A stretch of DNA of 63,925 nt, filler included, from Gonapodya sp. JEL0774 (GCA_027604505.1; 5 parts of 5 records of this genome joined end to end with filler, not necessarily neighbours in it), one strand, 5' to 3'; counted from the whole stretch's first letter, positions 47,687 to 60,085 are shown. Notes: generated by a model not told the origin, from the sequence alone. A program made the numbers and translations.

Positions 47687-50600
47687 CTAGAACCACCACG
47701 GTCGTGTGCGCGAAGTTATCGTCGTTCTTGATGTTGTGGTACTAAAAACACTAACTGTGAGTAAATGAAGGCGTTCCCATATGTAATCGCCACACCCACG
47801 ACTTTGTGCGTGTAGTGGTAGAGGTCCGAGTAATTCTTGTGCGTGTTGTGGTTCTTGTGGTACTGGTTACAGTGAAGGTGTTTTCAAAGGCGAATAATGT
47901 TATCTCGAGAAATAGAGGGACAAGTAGACACAACAGGCACTCACGTTGGCCTGGGACACGAAGTTCTTCTGGCAGAACGAAGAAAAATTGGATTCATCCG
48001 TCAATAGGAAAAGAGGCCATGTTACTCACGTGTTTGTAGTTGTGGAAACGGGTGTTGTATCTCCTCTGGTTGTCGTGGACACTGTAGTAGTGTCGACCCT
48101 GCCTCTGGTTGTTGTGGACGGTGCGGTAGTGTCCACTCCGACTTGAGTGGTCAGCGATGGTGAAAAGGTACTTGTGCTCGTCGATACACGTGGCTCAGCC
48201 CCTATGAAGATACCCGACATACTGGGAAGCACTAGCAGCTGGGTTGATGTTCTGGCAGACCTTATGAACAGTGAGTTTGATCGCAATAGACTCCTTAAGC
48301 AAAGCTCATCATACTAGTAATTGTCCAAGCAGACTCACGACATAGTCACTTCGCTGTACATAAATGATTGGTAGTGTGCAAATGAGATGGCGTCTTCGAA
48401 TGTACTCCGTTGAAATTCAAAGAGAATATTATGCCACTCACGATGCAACAATGCTGTTCGTAGAGCTACCCAGTTCACTAGAAATGATTTAGTCAGTAAA
48501 TTAAACGCAAAATGCAAAGATCATTGAGGCTCACGAGTTCGTTCTAATGGCATCAGAGGTTTCACGCGTCGTGGAAAGCGATGTGGGTATAATTGCGGCG
48601 ATTGTTGTTGTGATGTCCTCAGTGTAAGAAATCCATTCACCAGTAGTCCTGTTTTCAGTGAAAGTGGTTTCAAGAGTGCCCCTCCTGATCAATGGTTTGA
48701 ACTCACGCAGTGGTTGTTGGGCTAGCATCTCCAGAAGATAGTATGTCACTTGATGTTAGCGTAGGACTATCCGAAATGAAAATCATGCATTTGAAAGAAA
48801 AATTAGTTTGCAATCCATCTTTGGGTGGAAGACTACTTACAACCTCGTCGGAACTTGTGTTTCCGTTTCCGAGGGAATAGATTGGAATGAGGTACTCAGA
48901 GTCTCAGACGAGGAGCTTTCCGGGACAGCGGGTGCTTCAGATGAGGCGGATTTGATTGAAGTGCTCTCCGTGGACGGTCCACGGGATGATGCTTCCAATG
49001 TCGAGCTTCCAAGAACAGAAGTCGTGCAAGTCGTGCCTTCTGTTACGGTAGCACTTTCCCATACTTCTGCGATGGAACTCTGACTCGCAGAAGGCGCACT
49101 TTCTGTTACGGTGGGGGTTTCCAACAAACTTGATTCAGTCGTGGAGTTCGGACTCACTGAAGTGAGAGGCTCTGAAGTTGTGGGTGTTTCCACATAGGAG
49201 AATTCGGTAGTAGTGATGTGACCTCCGGGAGTCGTGTTCTCCATCATGGTGGGCGTTTTCGAAGAGGTGGTTTCGGTGGTGCTCTGTCTCTCATAAGTAG
49301 TGCTTTCTGTCGGGTTGGGCGTTTCCAAGGAGATGAGGTCGGTTGTGGTGCTGTGACTTTCAAAAGTCGTGCTTTCTGACGTTGTCGGCGTTTCTACCGA
49401 GATCAATTCTGCTGTTATGCTCGGAGTCTCAGAAAACGGGCCTTCGGTTGTGGTGGGCGTTTCTAAGGAGGTCGATTCGGTTGGGACCGTGCCACTCTCA
49501 GAAGTCGTGCTTTCTGTCGTTGTGGGCGCTTCTAACGATGTTAAATCGGTTGTGATGCTCGGACTATCAAAGGTCGTGCTTTTTGTCGGGGTGGGCGTTT
49601 CCAAGGAGATGATTTCGGTTGTGGTGCGCTGACTTTCGGAAGTCATGCTTTCTGACGTTGTCAGCGTTTCCAACGAGGCAAATTCTGTTGTTATACTCGA
49701 ACTTTCAGAAATCATGCTTTCTGAAGTGGTTTGTGTTTCTAAGAAGGTTGATTCGATTGTGGTGCTGTGATTTTCAGAACTAGTGATTTCTGTCGTCGTG
49801 GTCGGTTCGAAGGAGGTCGATTCGGATGTGGTGCTCCGACTCTCAGAGGTCGTTGTTTCTATCGTTATTTCTGTGGTGGTCGGTTCGAAGGAGGTCGATT
49901 CGGATGTGGTGCTCCGACTCTCAGAGGTCGTTGTTTCTATCGCTATTTCTGTGGTGGTCGGTTCGAAGGAGGTCGATTCGGATGTGGTGCTCCGACTCTC
50001 AGAGGTAGTTGTTTCTGTCGTTGTTTCTGTCGTGGTCGGTTCGAAGGAGGTCGATTCGGATGTGGTGCTCAGACTCTCAGAGGCCGTTGTTTCTGTCGTT
50101 GTTTCTGTCGTGGTCGGTTCGAAGGAGGTCGATTCGGATGTGGTGCTCAGACTCTCAGAGGTCGTTGTTTCTATCGTTGTTTCTGTCGTGGTCGGTTCGA
50201 AGGAGGTCGATTCGGATGCGGTGCTCAGACTCTCAGAGGTCGTTGTTTCTATCATTGTTTCTGTCGTGGTCGGTTCGAAGGAGGTCGATTCGGATGTGGT
50301 GCTCCGACTCTCAGAGGTAGTTGTTTCTGTCGTTGTTTCTGTCGTGGTGATTGATTCCGAGGAGGTCGATTTGGTTGTGGTGCTCTGACCCTCAGAAGTC
50401 GTAGTGTCTGTTGTGGTGGTAGATTTCAAGGATGTCGATTCGGTTGTGGTGCTCTGACTCTCAGAAGTGCTGCTTTTTGTTGCCGTGGGCGTTTCCGAGG
50501 AGGTGGATTCCGTTGTAGAGGTCTGGGTTTCCGAAGTTGTGATAACCGTAGATGTTACCGTGGATGTGGGAGTGGGGGTTGTGGTCCCACTGACCCAGCA

Positions 50601-52571
50601 AAGAAACCCATCATATATTTTAGTGTATTTTCGGCACGTATCAGAGATTTGTAACTCACGATGACATTGACGTTGTCTGGGTGAGAGTTGTCGATTGGCT
50701 GGTTGTGCTGTGTAAGCGTGATTAAACAAAACATTGTATCAATAAGAATGATACGTGAACTTACAGAACTGTACTCGTAGTCTTTGAGGAAGTAGAGGTG
50801 GAATATGTGGTGGTAGAGATCTGAGTCTGTGGTTGCAAAATGGGCCAGCCCATCGAGTACAGGACTGTCATCCAGTCCGTTGTTTGAATCGTATCTAAGG
50901 CTTCGATGGTGTTAAATTAAGTTTCAGACTTACTTGAAAGAAGGTGCGGACCGAAAGGACCCCAAGTCGTGCTAGAGTACTTGTAGATAGTTGAGTTCAA
51001 AGTCACACCTTGCGGTATATACGAAATCATCAAAAAGTCCGCAGTGTTAAAGTACGCATCTTCAACGTGATGGAGGGCAGTACCGTCCTGGTAGACGCCG
51101 GGTTTCGTCCAGATCCACGTTGAGGTGTTAGAAAACGGATTGGGCTTCGGTTGGAGGTAGGCTGACCGGCGCAGAGACGTTGCAAGTCCATACACATCGC
51201 TCGCTGCGGTGAAAGCTACCCCTTCGAAGTTGTTCTCAAAGTCGGTGATAAGGTCGTCAAGCAGGAGGTTTGGGTCACCCGGATAATCGGTGGCAATAAG
51301 ATTATAGTAATTCGTCACTGGTGAACCAGTCTTATCCCTATCATCCGTTTGGATCCATCAATGCACGCTTGGGGGCTCAAGAAACATGCAACCCTGCAGC
51401 TTACCTCATGAATGTGTCGTAAATGTATGAAGGAGCCCAATGTGCCCACAAACCGGTTGTATACATGTAATAAGCCGGGGTTAAGTACCCCTGTCCAACT
51501 GCATACGCTCGTATAACATTAGTCAAAACGAGGAGTGTCCAAAAGTTAGCGGAAAGACCCACTGTAAAACCATTCGTTCCATCCCGACAAGAAGCCCATC
51601 CCGTGAAGCAACTCGTGTACGGCGACGAATTCAAAATCAAACTGACTCGCTCCTATCGCCCCATCGCCCTGAAACCACCAAGACATGTCGGCATTGAATA
51701 GAGCTCGGATGTCGAAGTCAGTTGATTGCGCTATTGGCGGTGGTCCCAACCCGGCTGGCGCAGTGTTCTCTGCGGATCCAAAAGCGGTACCACCGTTCTT
51801 GTACAGTGCCTGTCATCGACGTGAATACAATTGTTTGGCGTTATTAGAATGAAGGTGGCTGGGCCTGTGCAATGGTAATCACCTGGGGAACGAGCACTTC
51901 GTTGCCACCCCACACCACCGAGACTTGTGACGCAGGGGCTGCTTGACCCAAAATGTTGGAGTTGCAGCTAGAGAAGGTGGAGCAGTAAGAGGTGAACGTT
52001 GCAGTTACGTAAACTGTGGGGATGTTGATTTGTGATGATGACTTTGTGGAGAGACGCAGATGCGTTGAAAAAACTCACTGGGCGAGGTGATACCAATCAC
52101 CGCCGAAATGCGTGCGCCTGCATTGTGAAAGGCGGTGTCCACTTTTCCACAAAGGGCCACGTCACCAACTGTGCAAGTGAGTGTGACTAAGAACATGGAT
52201 GGGGACTGCCGTTTTCTGCGCCTGTGTTCCAGATTCGAAGTATCAGGACTCCAGAAGTTCGTCTGATCTGCTGTTGCGGGCAAGATGTCTGCGGTATTTA
52301 CAAAAGGGGATTGGGGACCATGTGTTCCTGCCAATTCATCGCAGACTGGATAGAACCTCGGTGGCTCGTCTGGACGCAAAGGATAGGCGTGGTAGCTAGT
52401 AACCGTGCACGTAATATTGCTTCCGTACGTTGTCCTCTGGTGCACTGGTCTGAATGTCACAGGTGGAATGGCAGCTGTGTCGACGTCGGCGCTGGCACCA
52501 TGACAAAAAACACCAGCGATTGCGAAACCCGTCGCCAGTAGTTTCGCTCTCCAAGATCGTCGTTGTTTCAT
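47687..52571 (-). CDS. Secreted zinc-metalloprotease-like protein with a very long Thr/Ser/Glu mucin-like stalk (multi-exon)
   Basis: Signal peptide (LLATGFAIAGVFCHGASA), Kex2-like RRRKRQ, DFDIRALFNA, FDFEFVAVHELLHGMGF (HExxH), then about 580 aa of T/S/E repeats and several short Thr-rich exons ending RTRPWWF-stop at 47687. Confidence 0.75.
49801..50346. repeat. Coding tandem repeat, 78-bp unit x 7
   Basis: GTCGGTTCGAAGGAGGTCGATTCGGATG recurs at 49801, 49879, 49957, 50035, 50113, 50191 and 50269; flanked by more diverged units of about 66 bp. Confidence 0.95.
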
Positions 52572-53016
52572 TGCCCCAAGCAACACGTGTGACGGGAAAT
52601 CGGGGGTATTGAACTATTTTTCCTAATATGTACATGCCGATGAGGAAGCTCCTCAGGGACGGCCTCACCTCCGCTCATGAATCCTTTTTGAGACTAATCG
52701 TATTTTATACATTTGCTTGCCTAAGAATGAACTGAATTGAAACATCTATCTTGAGGGTGAAAGATTATCGCTATTAGTAGTAAGGTGCACAAATCAGGAT
52801 TCGTGATCCCTGTTATAATCACCCATGGTGACTGACAGTACATCTACCAGTAGTGATTCTCCATGGATTCTATTTAGGCTCAAGACATAGTGCTACGATT
52901 ACATTCATTTCTTGGATCGAACTCACAAAATTCTTAATAGTCTACGAGATTAGATAAATAGATTAAGCCATCAAGGCTGTTTGACTTGATCGTGGCCATC
53001 AACGCCATTAGTCCAT

Positions 53017-54184
53017 TTACTCGCCAGGTGCCAGACATTGTGAGTAATACTGGCTCAAGATCTTGCACGTGGTGCCATCGACACAGCATTTCTTTCCTGT
53101 CCAAAACAACCCACCACACTGATCGTAATGTGCAGCACAAACACTGACATAATTCGGGTCAACAACGCATTGGGAATAATAAAAGTTGGAGTACCGGCAA
53201 ATCGACCCAACGGAACTGTGCGGAAACCACAAGGTAAATGCGCGCCAATGCTGGCAAGAACACCCTCCGCCACATACCAGCATGTCGGCCCAGCATAGCC
53301 CACTCCACCACACTGATCATACAATTGAGCGCATATCAATGAAGTTCTGGCAGAATATTGTTTACGGGCAGATTCGGCGTTGCAATTGGACGTCAGTAAT
53401 CGCACCCCTACATCAGCAACTCATTTCCGACGGCGGTGCAACTCACGAAGTGGTCTGTTTTGTCGTTGTCAAAGTTCGTGATTTGGTAACGGTGGAAGTC
53501 GCGCTACCAGAAGTAAGTTGAGCAGAATCGATAAGTGTTGATTCGAATGTCTCAAATATGCTCCAAGAATCTCAATTGAACGAATAGCAATCTAAGGTAA
53601 GATAACGCTTAGTCCTGCTGATTGTTGACGTCCCGCCAACATTGTGGCCGGCACGAGCTGAGAGTCTCATATCACCAAGTCTGCAAAGTACCCGCCCATC
53701 AATACTCACATCGTAGTAGACGTCCTACTCGTGGTTGTGGGGGTCCGCCTGGGATGTTTTAGAACTACTCAATATGGTGCAGCATTATAACAAGGTTGGA
53801 TGAATTCCAAACTTACGAGGCCGTACTGGTCGCGGACGTTGTTGAGGTCGTCGCCGTTGTTGTAACACTTGCGCTAGTTGATGCACTTGTCGCAGAACTC
53901 GTGAGCGAAACAGTCGTCGTTTCGCTACTTGTTGAACTCGTCTGAGTGGTTTCAGTCGTTGACGTTCTTGTCCGCGATTCTGTTGTTGATTCGCTCGCTG
54001 TGGAACTTGTTCTTGTTTGAGACTCTGTCATGGTTGTGGAGGTTGTTTGAGTAGCCGTGATGGTATAACTTGTTGAAGACGTCGTTTGAGACTCTGTCGT
54101 GGATTCACTCGTTGTGGAGGTTGTTTGAGTGGCCGTGGTGGTATCACTTGTCGAAGAGCTTGACTGAGACTCTGTCGTTGATTC
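53017..54184 (-). CDS. C-terminal part of a secreted protein with Ser/Thr linker and two CBM1 cellulose-binding modules (5' end in gap)
   Basis: [18 protein letters not shown]...[12 protein letters not shown] and [36 protein letters not shown]; Thr/Ser-rich exons upstream. Confidence 0.88.
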
Positions 54185-54315
54185 NNNNNNNNNNNNNNNN
54201 NNNNNNNNNNNNNNNNNNNNNNNNNNNNTTAATTAATTAANNNNNNNNNNNNNNNNNNNNNNNNNNNNNNNNNNNNNNNNNNNNTCCCTTGATCGATTCC
54301 TCGCGTAACACCTCT

Positions 54316-55077
54316 CATGACTTCTTCAACCACCAATCTCTGGAACCTCCCCATCGAAAACCGTCCTCCTGATCGGCAACTACCTGCCTTTCCGTCTCGG
54401 GTTGCCGACCGGAACCCTAAACAGGGTTCTGGCCACCATTTTTCGGGCTCGGACAGCATCGCCGCGCGAGCTGTCGCCACTGTTCCTCTCCATCGAAAAC
54501 GCTCGTGTACGAGTCCATAAGGAGTGAACTGGGACAGTACTTGATCATTAAAGCGGTATTCGAGCGACTCTTGCCATGCCATGCAGGACTGAACCTCAAC
54601 TATGTCATGCATCCGCACTAGCTAAGAGTATGATGCTTTCCCCACTCGACGCTGCAGCATTTGCCGGTAACGTAGAAAGTGTACTGGCTCTGCTGGAAGT
54701 TGGTGCAAACGGCCGGAATTTTTGGAACGATCCTCTGAAAAGTTCTTGTATGGGGGAGCATCTAGAGGTGGCGAGGCTGCTGCTGGAGGAAGGCGCATAC
54801 TATGATGACATTTCCCTCACTCTCAATATGTGCAAAGAAGGGTAACGTAAAGCTGGTGCGACTGCCTTTGAGCTACAGTGGGCCGGATGTGAATCTGAGG
54901 TGGGCGTGCCCTCACAACTGCTGGACAATATGGCCAGTTGGGTGTTGTGAAAGTGCTTGTGGAAAATGGGGTGGATGTGAAATTGGAAAGCAACTCCGCA
55001 CTTTGGGCTGCAGTCCGTAAAGGAAGATTGACAACGGTTAAGTTTCTGGTGCAGAATACGTCTACATCTCCGATTTG
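54316..55077 (+). pseudogene. Ankyrin-repeat pseudogene, possibly with an N-terminal F-box remnant
   Basis: SPLDAAAFAGNVESVLALLEVGAN, GEHLEVARLLLEEGA, then frameshifted GNVKLVRL and GQLGVVKVLVENGVD; LWNLPIE upstream. Confidence 0.65.
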
Positions 55078-55135
55078 ATTAATGTCTAGAGATTACAAAC
55101 TTTGCACACGAGAATAATGTAATTGAGTGTAGCAA

Positions 55136-56032
55136 CTACACCCTAGTATTTAACTCTACATAACTCCGCCTGAGATAAGCTTTCACTGACCGTATATCAC
55201 CCCACATTTCTTCTGGCACACCCTTGAGATATCTACTCCGATGTTTAAAATTAATATACTTGCAGTTCACGTGGTAAACAAGGTTGGGAATTTGGCAAGG
55301 TCTAGCATTCCGGAGGTTCAAGTTGATGAAGCTACCAAGGATCCGACTTCCACGGTTCCTCTCCAGTGTCCTGAGTATTAGTTCACATACATCGGCTGCA
55401 GTCCACACAGGGGACAGCCCAGGAACGTCATTGTAGTAGACGTAGACGAATGAAAGGAAACCGTATTTGAACGCCTTTCCGGTGTTTTCCCATCCACTGG
55501 TCGCTGTCTGAAGCGCGGCAGTTGTCTCGCTCCTCGAAAGACGATGCCTCGGAGCTACAAGAAGGTCGTATCTGGGATCGACTTCTGGCTCAGTCCTTGC
55601 GATTTCTCCGTCGGATACGGTGGTGGTCAAAGAAGTGAGGTCACGGGGAAACTTGGCAACAAACGGGAGTACGTCCGCGACTTGTTCAAGCGAACCCTCT
55701 GGCCACTGTAGTGTGTGCCGAGGAGTGACAATATTGAACCCAGGTTTGTCACCGGGTAGAGACTGAACGGCGTCCCCGTGACCACAAACGATGATGCCGA
55801 TTTGGACCACAGGTCTATCACCTTCGACAATATGCCGCCATTTTCGGCACGTACCACGCACTGCTCTGTACAGGTCGTTGTCCGAGAGGAAATCGAATAT
55901 CTGTAGGAGAACCTCGGGAGGAAGACGAGGACAGGAAAAGTGGCGTTTTGCTTTAGAGGCCGCGCCAGCTGTCGGCGAGGACACGGTTGGGAGACGCGCC
56001 TGTTGGGAAAACAACAACACTCGCTCCAACAT
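55136..56032 (-). CDS. F-box protein (different family; start uncertain)
   Basis: RLPPEVLLQIFDFLSDNDLYRAVRGTCRKWRHIV, a canonical F-box motif. Confidence 0.75.
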   Translation of the reverse strand: MLERVLLFSQQARLPTVSSPTAGAASKAKRHFSCPRLPPEVLLQIFDFLSDNDLYRAVRGTCRKWRHIVEGDRPVVQIGIIVCGHGDAVQSLPGDKPGFNIVTPRHTLQWPEGSLEQVADVLPFVAKFPRDLTSLTTTVSDGEIARTEPEVDPRYDLLVAPRHRLSRSETTAALQTATSGWENTGKAFKYGFLSFVYVYYNDVPGLSPVWTAADVCELILRTLERNRGSRILGSFINLNLRNARPCQIPNLVYHVNCKYINFKHRSRYLKGVPEEMWGDIRSVKAYLRRSYVELNTRV

Positions 56033-56909
56033 GAAGTCCGCGCCATGTATGATGAATCGAATAGCGTACCACGTGGCATAGTGGTATATGTGCTGGTTGT
56101 TTTTCTGCAGTCACCCCGGTGTTTTGGAAAGGGGAAAAGAACGGATTTCGAGGTGAGTTTGTACCAACTGGAGGTGGGTGCCTGGCGGCAACATTGGGAG
56201 TCAACGTGTGTAAGGGCGAGCGAGGAGGCTGAGGGAGGCCGCAAGGTCAGATGCTCGAAAAAACGGCGGCTCGCTTCTCAATTACTTTTCTCACCGTCTG
56301 GGACCATGTGACGCCGGTAACCACCTCGGAAGTGATGGGAGGAGAATCCGTTTTGGGTCGAGGGATTAATGGGGGCTCTGCAGCAGCCCAGACACTCCGT
56401 GTGACTATTTTGGGACGAGATAAAGCGGTGATGGGTGTCGAGGAGAGTAGCTTGCCCTGGGCTGGAGTGCAGGCAGGCGGTGGATGCGTTTGCACTGATC
56501 CTTGTTTCCGAGTCGCATTCTCAGGCGATCCACGCCGGCGCAAGGGCGCCTTCCCTGCGGGAATCCAAGGCGGCCGTGAATCGAGGGCTGGACCCATGAG
56601 ATTTTTTTGGGGGAAACCTGAGGACACTGGACGATTGAGTTACAGTAATCCACGTGCCGGAAGCGTACAACCAGGTTTTGGTCAAAGCTTCAAAGATTGT
56701 TTGAGTCTCTCCTGTCGTGTGGAGCTGCTCAAAGAGTTACGCGAGTAAATCCGGGAACTTATTTGTGGTTTAGGGAGTGCTGCGACCATCGGTTGTGGTA
56801 CACAGTCCGGCCAAGCCCCGTTTCCTGCATCATTTGAGAATAATCAGTCATTCTGTTTTCCATCACTGATCAAGCTCACCTCTCCCTGTGTCCTTGCTAT
56901 CGGGCAGTG

Positions 56910-58688
56910 ATGGACAGCCTTCCCGTGGAAATTCAACATCGCATCTTCCGTCTCCTCCCTCCGAAAACGTTTTACTCGATCGTTCCCAGAATCAGCCGAA
57001 AGCTCCACAAGAGCAGCATGGGAGCTATCCCGGGCTGTCCCAAGCACACTGTTGGAGTTGATTGTGTGGTTGACTTTTCGGATTTTGAGAATTCGCCCGG
57101 GGAGTCTCCCAACGTTTTCACGGTTGGGGAAAGATTTCATCTCGTCCGGGTATCTGGTCTTCCCACGTGGGCCGCATTGTCAGCTAGAGTTCGTGTGTCG
57201 ATGAAGAACCTGCCTCACGATATTGCAGCGTTTGTGGAGAAAAGGGTGATGGACTTCATCGCTACTCAAACCCAGAGATCACTCGTGCACACACAACAGA
57301 ACCATGGCGTAAGTCGAGACACTACCAGAGCTCTGATGAACACGGTCACGGGTTACCAGGCAAAGGATAGCACTCCCTCACATAAAGCTAGTGTAATTGG
57401 TCGCATTGGACACTTTGCAGTTACTCAAGTTCTCTGGCAATTCACCCAGATCAATGTTACTGCTAACATGAGCACCTCATTGATCAAGCTGATGGAGTTC
57501 ATCAGCACTTGCAAAGTCCCCGAGCTGGTTATTAGAAAGGATCAATTCCAAATGCTTGAAGGGCTCCCACTCCCATCAGCAAACACCAGAATGGACTCAG
57601 TGGTACGCATTGTGGAGCGACGATATCAAACATGGCTCGGCGAACTTGCGCCTTCGGAGAGCTTGGTAGACAGAGTACGCATCGCTCTTGACAGATTCCC
57701 ATCCGCTTCTGAGTTGGAGGGCAATATGTTCTTCCCCATTCAAGCTCATGATGACTTTGTCATTGAGCTGATGAAATCTTCTATTCCTTTGAACCGTCGT
57801 CTGACCATACGGTCCTTCGTGCGACACACCTTTTGGTCCGGACAGAGTTTCTCTCCACAACATTTTGCGTTTCTACATGCATCATGTGTTTTCCCAAGCT
57901 TGAAGGAGCTCGGCACCCTGGCCTTAATGTTCGATTCGTGGCCGGACTCAAAGACAATTCGATCAGCGTGGTTGCCAAGAGAACCATTATCTGGGATTCA
58001 AAAGTTCAAGGTTCACTTGACGAGTACAATGCAACCATCATATTTTCCACTCAATTGTGATAAGCACATGAAGCCATCTCTTGGTGCAGTCATGCAATGC
58101 CTGCCTGGGTTGCGGCACTTAGAGGTTACACATTCACTTCTTCAAACCCGTGGAATCCGACCTCCAGCTGAGGACGCATGGGAGATCTTGGGTAAAGTCT
58201 TCAAAGTTTTATTGAGCAGCGCCCCAGAGGGATGTTCAGTGGAGATTCAAACACTCAATTTGCCGCCGAGTCTGTGGGACTGGTGTCGTAGTCAAACCCA
58301 AAGCAAGGAGTGGCCCGTGGCATTGCGTGGCTGGGATGGTCGCTTTCCTAAGAGCGTGGTTTGCGGAGCTGTTAATCGACCTGCCGGTAAGTTTGTAAAC
58401 TGTTTCCAGCTTTTTCTGATTTCTGTTGTCTTCTCTCAATATCATTGTTCCTCGCAACAAAATCTTCTCCCCATCAATGTGCAGGTGGCCATGTGCTCAC
58501 GATGTCTTTATGAATCAACGAATCACCATGCAAGCACTACCGGGTTCCGGGAGCTTCAGATCCATCAATCAAAGCGGATTTATTTCGAAGGGCATGGGGA
58601 AAGTAATGATGTACCACGCAATCAGGATGTATTCTCCGATTTGTTTGGTGTAATAATGCCAGGTTTATACAAGGCACTGAGCGGATAG
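56910..58688 (+). CDS. F-box protein, lineage-specific family (paralog C); probable intron near 58387, so 3' end uncertain
   Basis: MDSLPVEIQHRIFRLLPPKTFYSIVPRISRKL...GAIPGCP..VGV, FPSASELEG.MF and WPVALRGWDG are shared with paralogs A and B. Confidence 0.75.
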   Translation: MDSLPVEIQHRIFRLLPPKTFYSIVPRISRKLHKSSMGAIPGCPKHTVGVDCVVDFSDFENSPGESPNVFTVGERFHLVRVSGLPTWAALSARVRVSMKNLPHDIAAFVEKRVMDFIATQTQRSLVHTQQNHGVSRDTTRALMNTVTGYQAKDSTPSHKASVIGRIGHFAVTQVLWQFTQINVTANMSTSLIKLMEFISTCKVPELVIRKDQFQMLEGLPLPSANTRMDSVVRIVERRYQTWLGELAPSESLVDRVRIALDRFPSASELEGNMFFPIQAHDDFVIELMKSSIPLNRRLTIRSFVRHTFWSGQSFSPQHFAFLHASCVFPSLKELGTLALMFDSWPDSKTIRSAWLPREPLSGIQKFKVHLTSTMQPSYFPLNCDKHMKPSLGAVMQCLPGLRHLEVTHSLLQTRGIRPPAEDAWEILGKVFKVLLSSAPEGCSVEIQTLNLPPSLWDWCRSQTQSKEWPVALRGWDGRFPKSVVCGAVNRPAGKFVNCFQLFLISVVFSQYHCSSQQNLLPINVQVAMCSRCLYESTNHHASTTGFRELQIHQSKRIYFEGHGESNDVPRNQDVFSDLFGVIMPGLYKALSG

Positions 58689-58727
58689 TTCTCTGGAACT
58701 GTGTATATTCCCACATCCCGACTGAGT

Positions 58728-60085
58728 TTATGTATCGGGTACATCTGCCGAAGAAAAGTACGTTAAAAGTCGTCATTTCGAGTGATATGCTGAACTCAAG
58801 TTCGTATCTGAGAACCAAGAGCAAACCAAACTCACCAGAGAGTGTCAAACCCCCATCCAGACATATGCTCTTGCCGGTCATGTATCGCGACTCATCGCTA
58901 GCGAGAAATACACATGCGTGGGCGATATCTCGGGGCTCTCCTACGTACCCGACAGGTACGGTTTTGGCGGCCGCTTCGAACTCCTCGACGGTTGGTGCAA
59001 ATGTTTCCATGGCCGGGGTGTGTATCCAGCCTGATGGGAAAAAAAAGAAAGATTGACGCACAAGTGTTACCATAGCCGCACAACGCGCAAAACGCATAAT
59101 CAATCGCTCAAAGTACGCACCAGGTTGCACAACGTTGCAGGTGATATCACGGTATTTCGTCAGCTCGGCCGCAAACGATTTAGAGAGGCCCTCAACTGCG
59201 TGCTTTGTAGCTACGTAAACTCCGAGACCAGGGGTGGCTATGTATGCATGACTTGGATTACTTTGATGAGCTCGTGAGCCGAAAATGGTACTCACCTATG
59301 AATCCACTCGTAGAAGACATTAGGATGATCCGACCCTTTTTGTTTTTCACCATGGTCGGTAGAACGCTGAGATCCCAAAGTACCGAAGAAGTATATCACT
59401 GAATACAGGACGCACTCAGATCGCAACAATTCCGTATCCCATACCTTTTCACGGCGAGAAAGACTCCTCGAACATTGACTGCAAACAAATGATCAAAGAA
59501 TTCTACGGTAGTCTCTTCCAGCCGACTGGTGGGGAAGATCCCTTTATCATCCCCCACGCCATGCGATCCGCTAACTAAGTCTGCACGCATTAAATTGCTA
59601 CTGCATGAGCAGCTCACCGTGATTTACTACTAGAATGTCCACTGTTCCCCACTTCTCGAGCGCTTTTGCCGTTCCAGCGTCAATGTCATCCTTGTTGGAA
59701 CAATCCGCCACTGAATAGTCCGCCTTCCCACCGGCAGACGCACTACGTGGGACAAAGATGGACAGATAATGATCACAAGCTTCACATACCCAAGGCATTC
59801 GATGATTGCAATCCTGCTCACATTTCGCTGACTACAGCCATCAAGTCCTTCTCAGTTCGAGCCATCACGAGCACCTTTGCGCCTGTATCGGGTGATGCGG
59901 GGTCAGAGAGTGCTTCATGTGCCGATCTTTCATTTGGATCGCCCAGTGTTCCAATTCGTAACGAGTGAGGTAAATGTCTCAAGCCGCGAACACCAACCCT
60001 GACTTGCAAATTCGAGAGCTATTCCTTTTCCGATTCCCTTCCCAGCGCCAGTAATGACGGCTACCTTATCTTGAAGCCGCCCCAT
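58728..60085 (-). CDS. Short-chain dehydrogenase/reductase (FabG-like)
   Basis: [19 protein letters not shown] (ATG 60085), [19 protein letters not shown] (YxxxK), [23 protein letters not shown]...DGG. Confidence 0.92.

Noticed and set aside
49767..50388. Regular repeats resembling a CRISPR array, and plus-strand repetitive ORFs (CGGRFEGGRFGCGA..., VVVGSKEVDSD...)
   Set aside because: Units are contiguous with no unique spacers, have a period divisible by 3 and lie inside the minus-strand Thr/Ser-rich exon; the plus-strand ORFs are antisense shadows.
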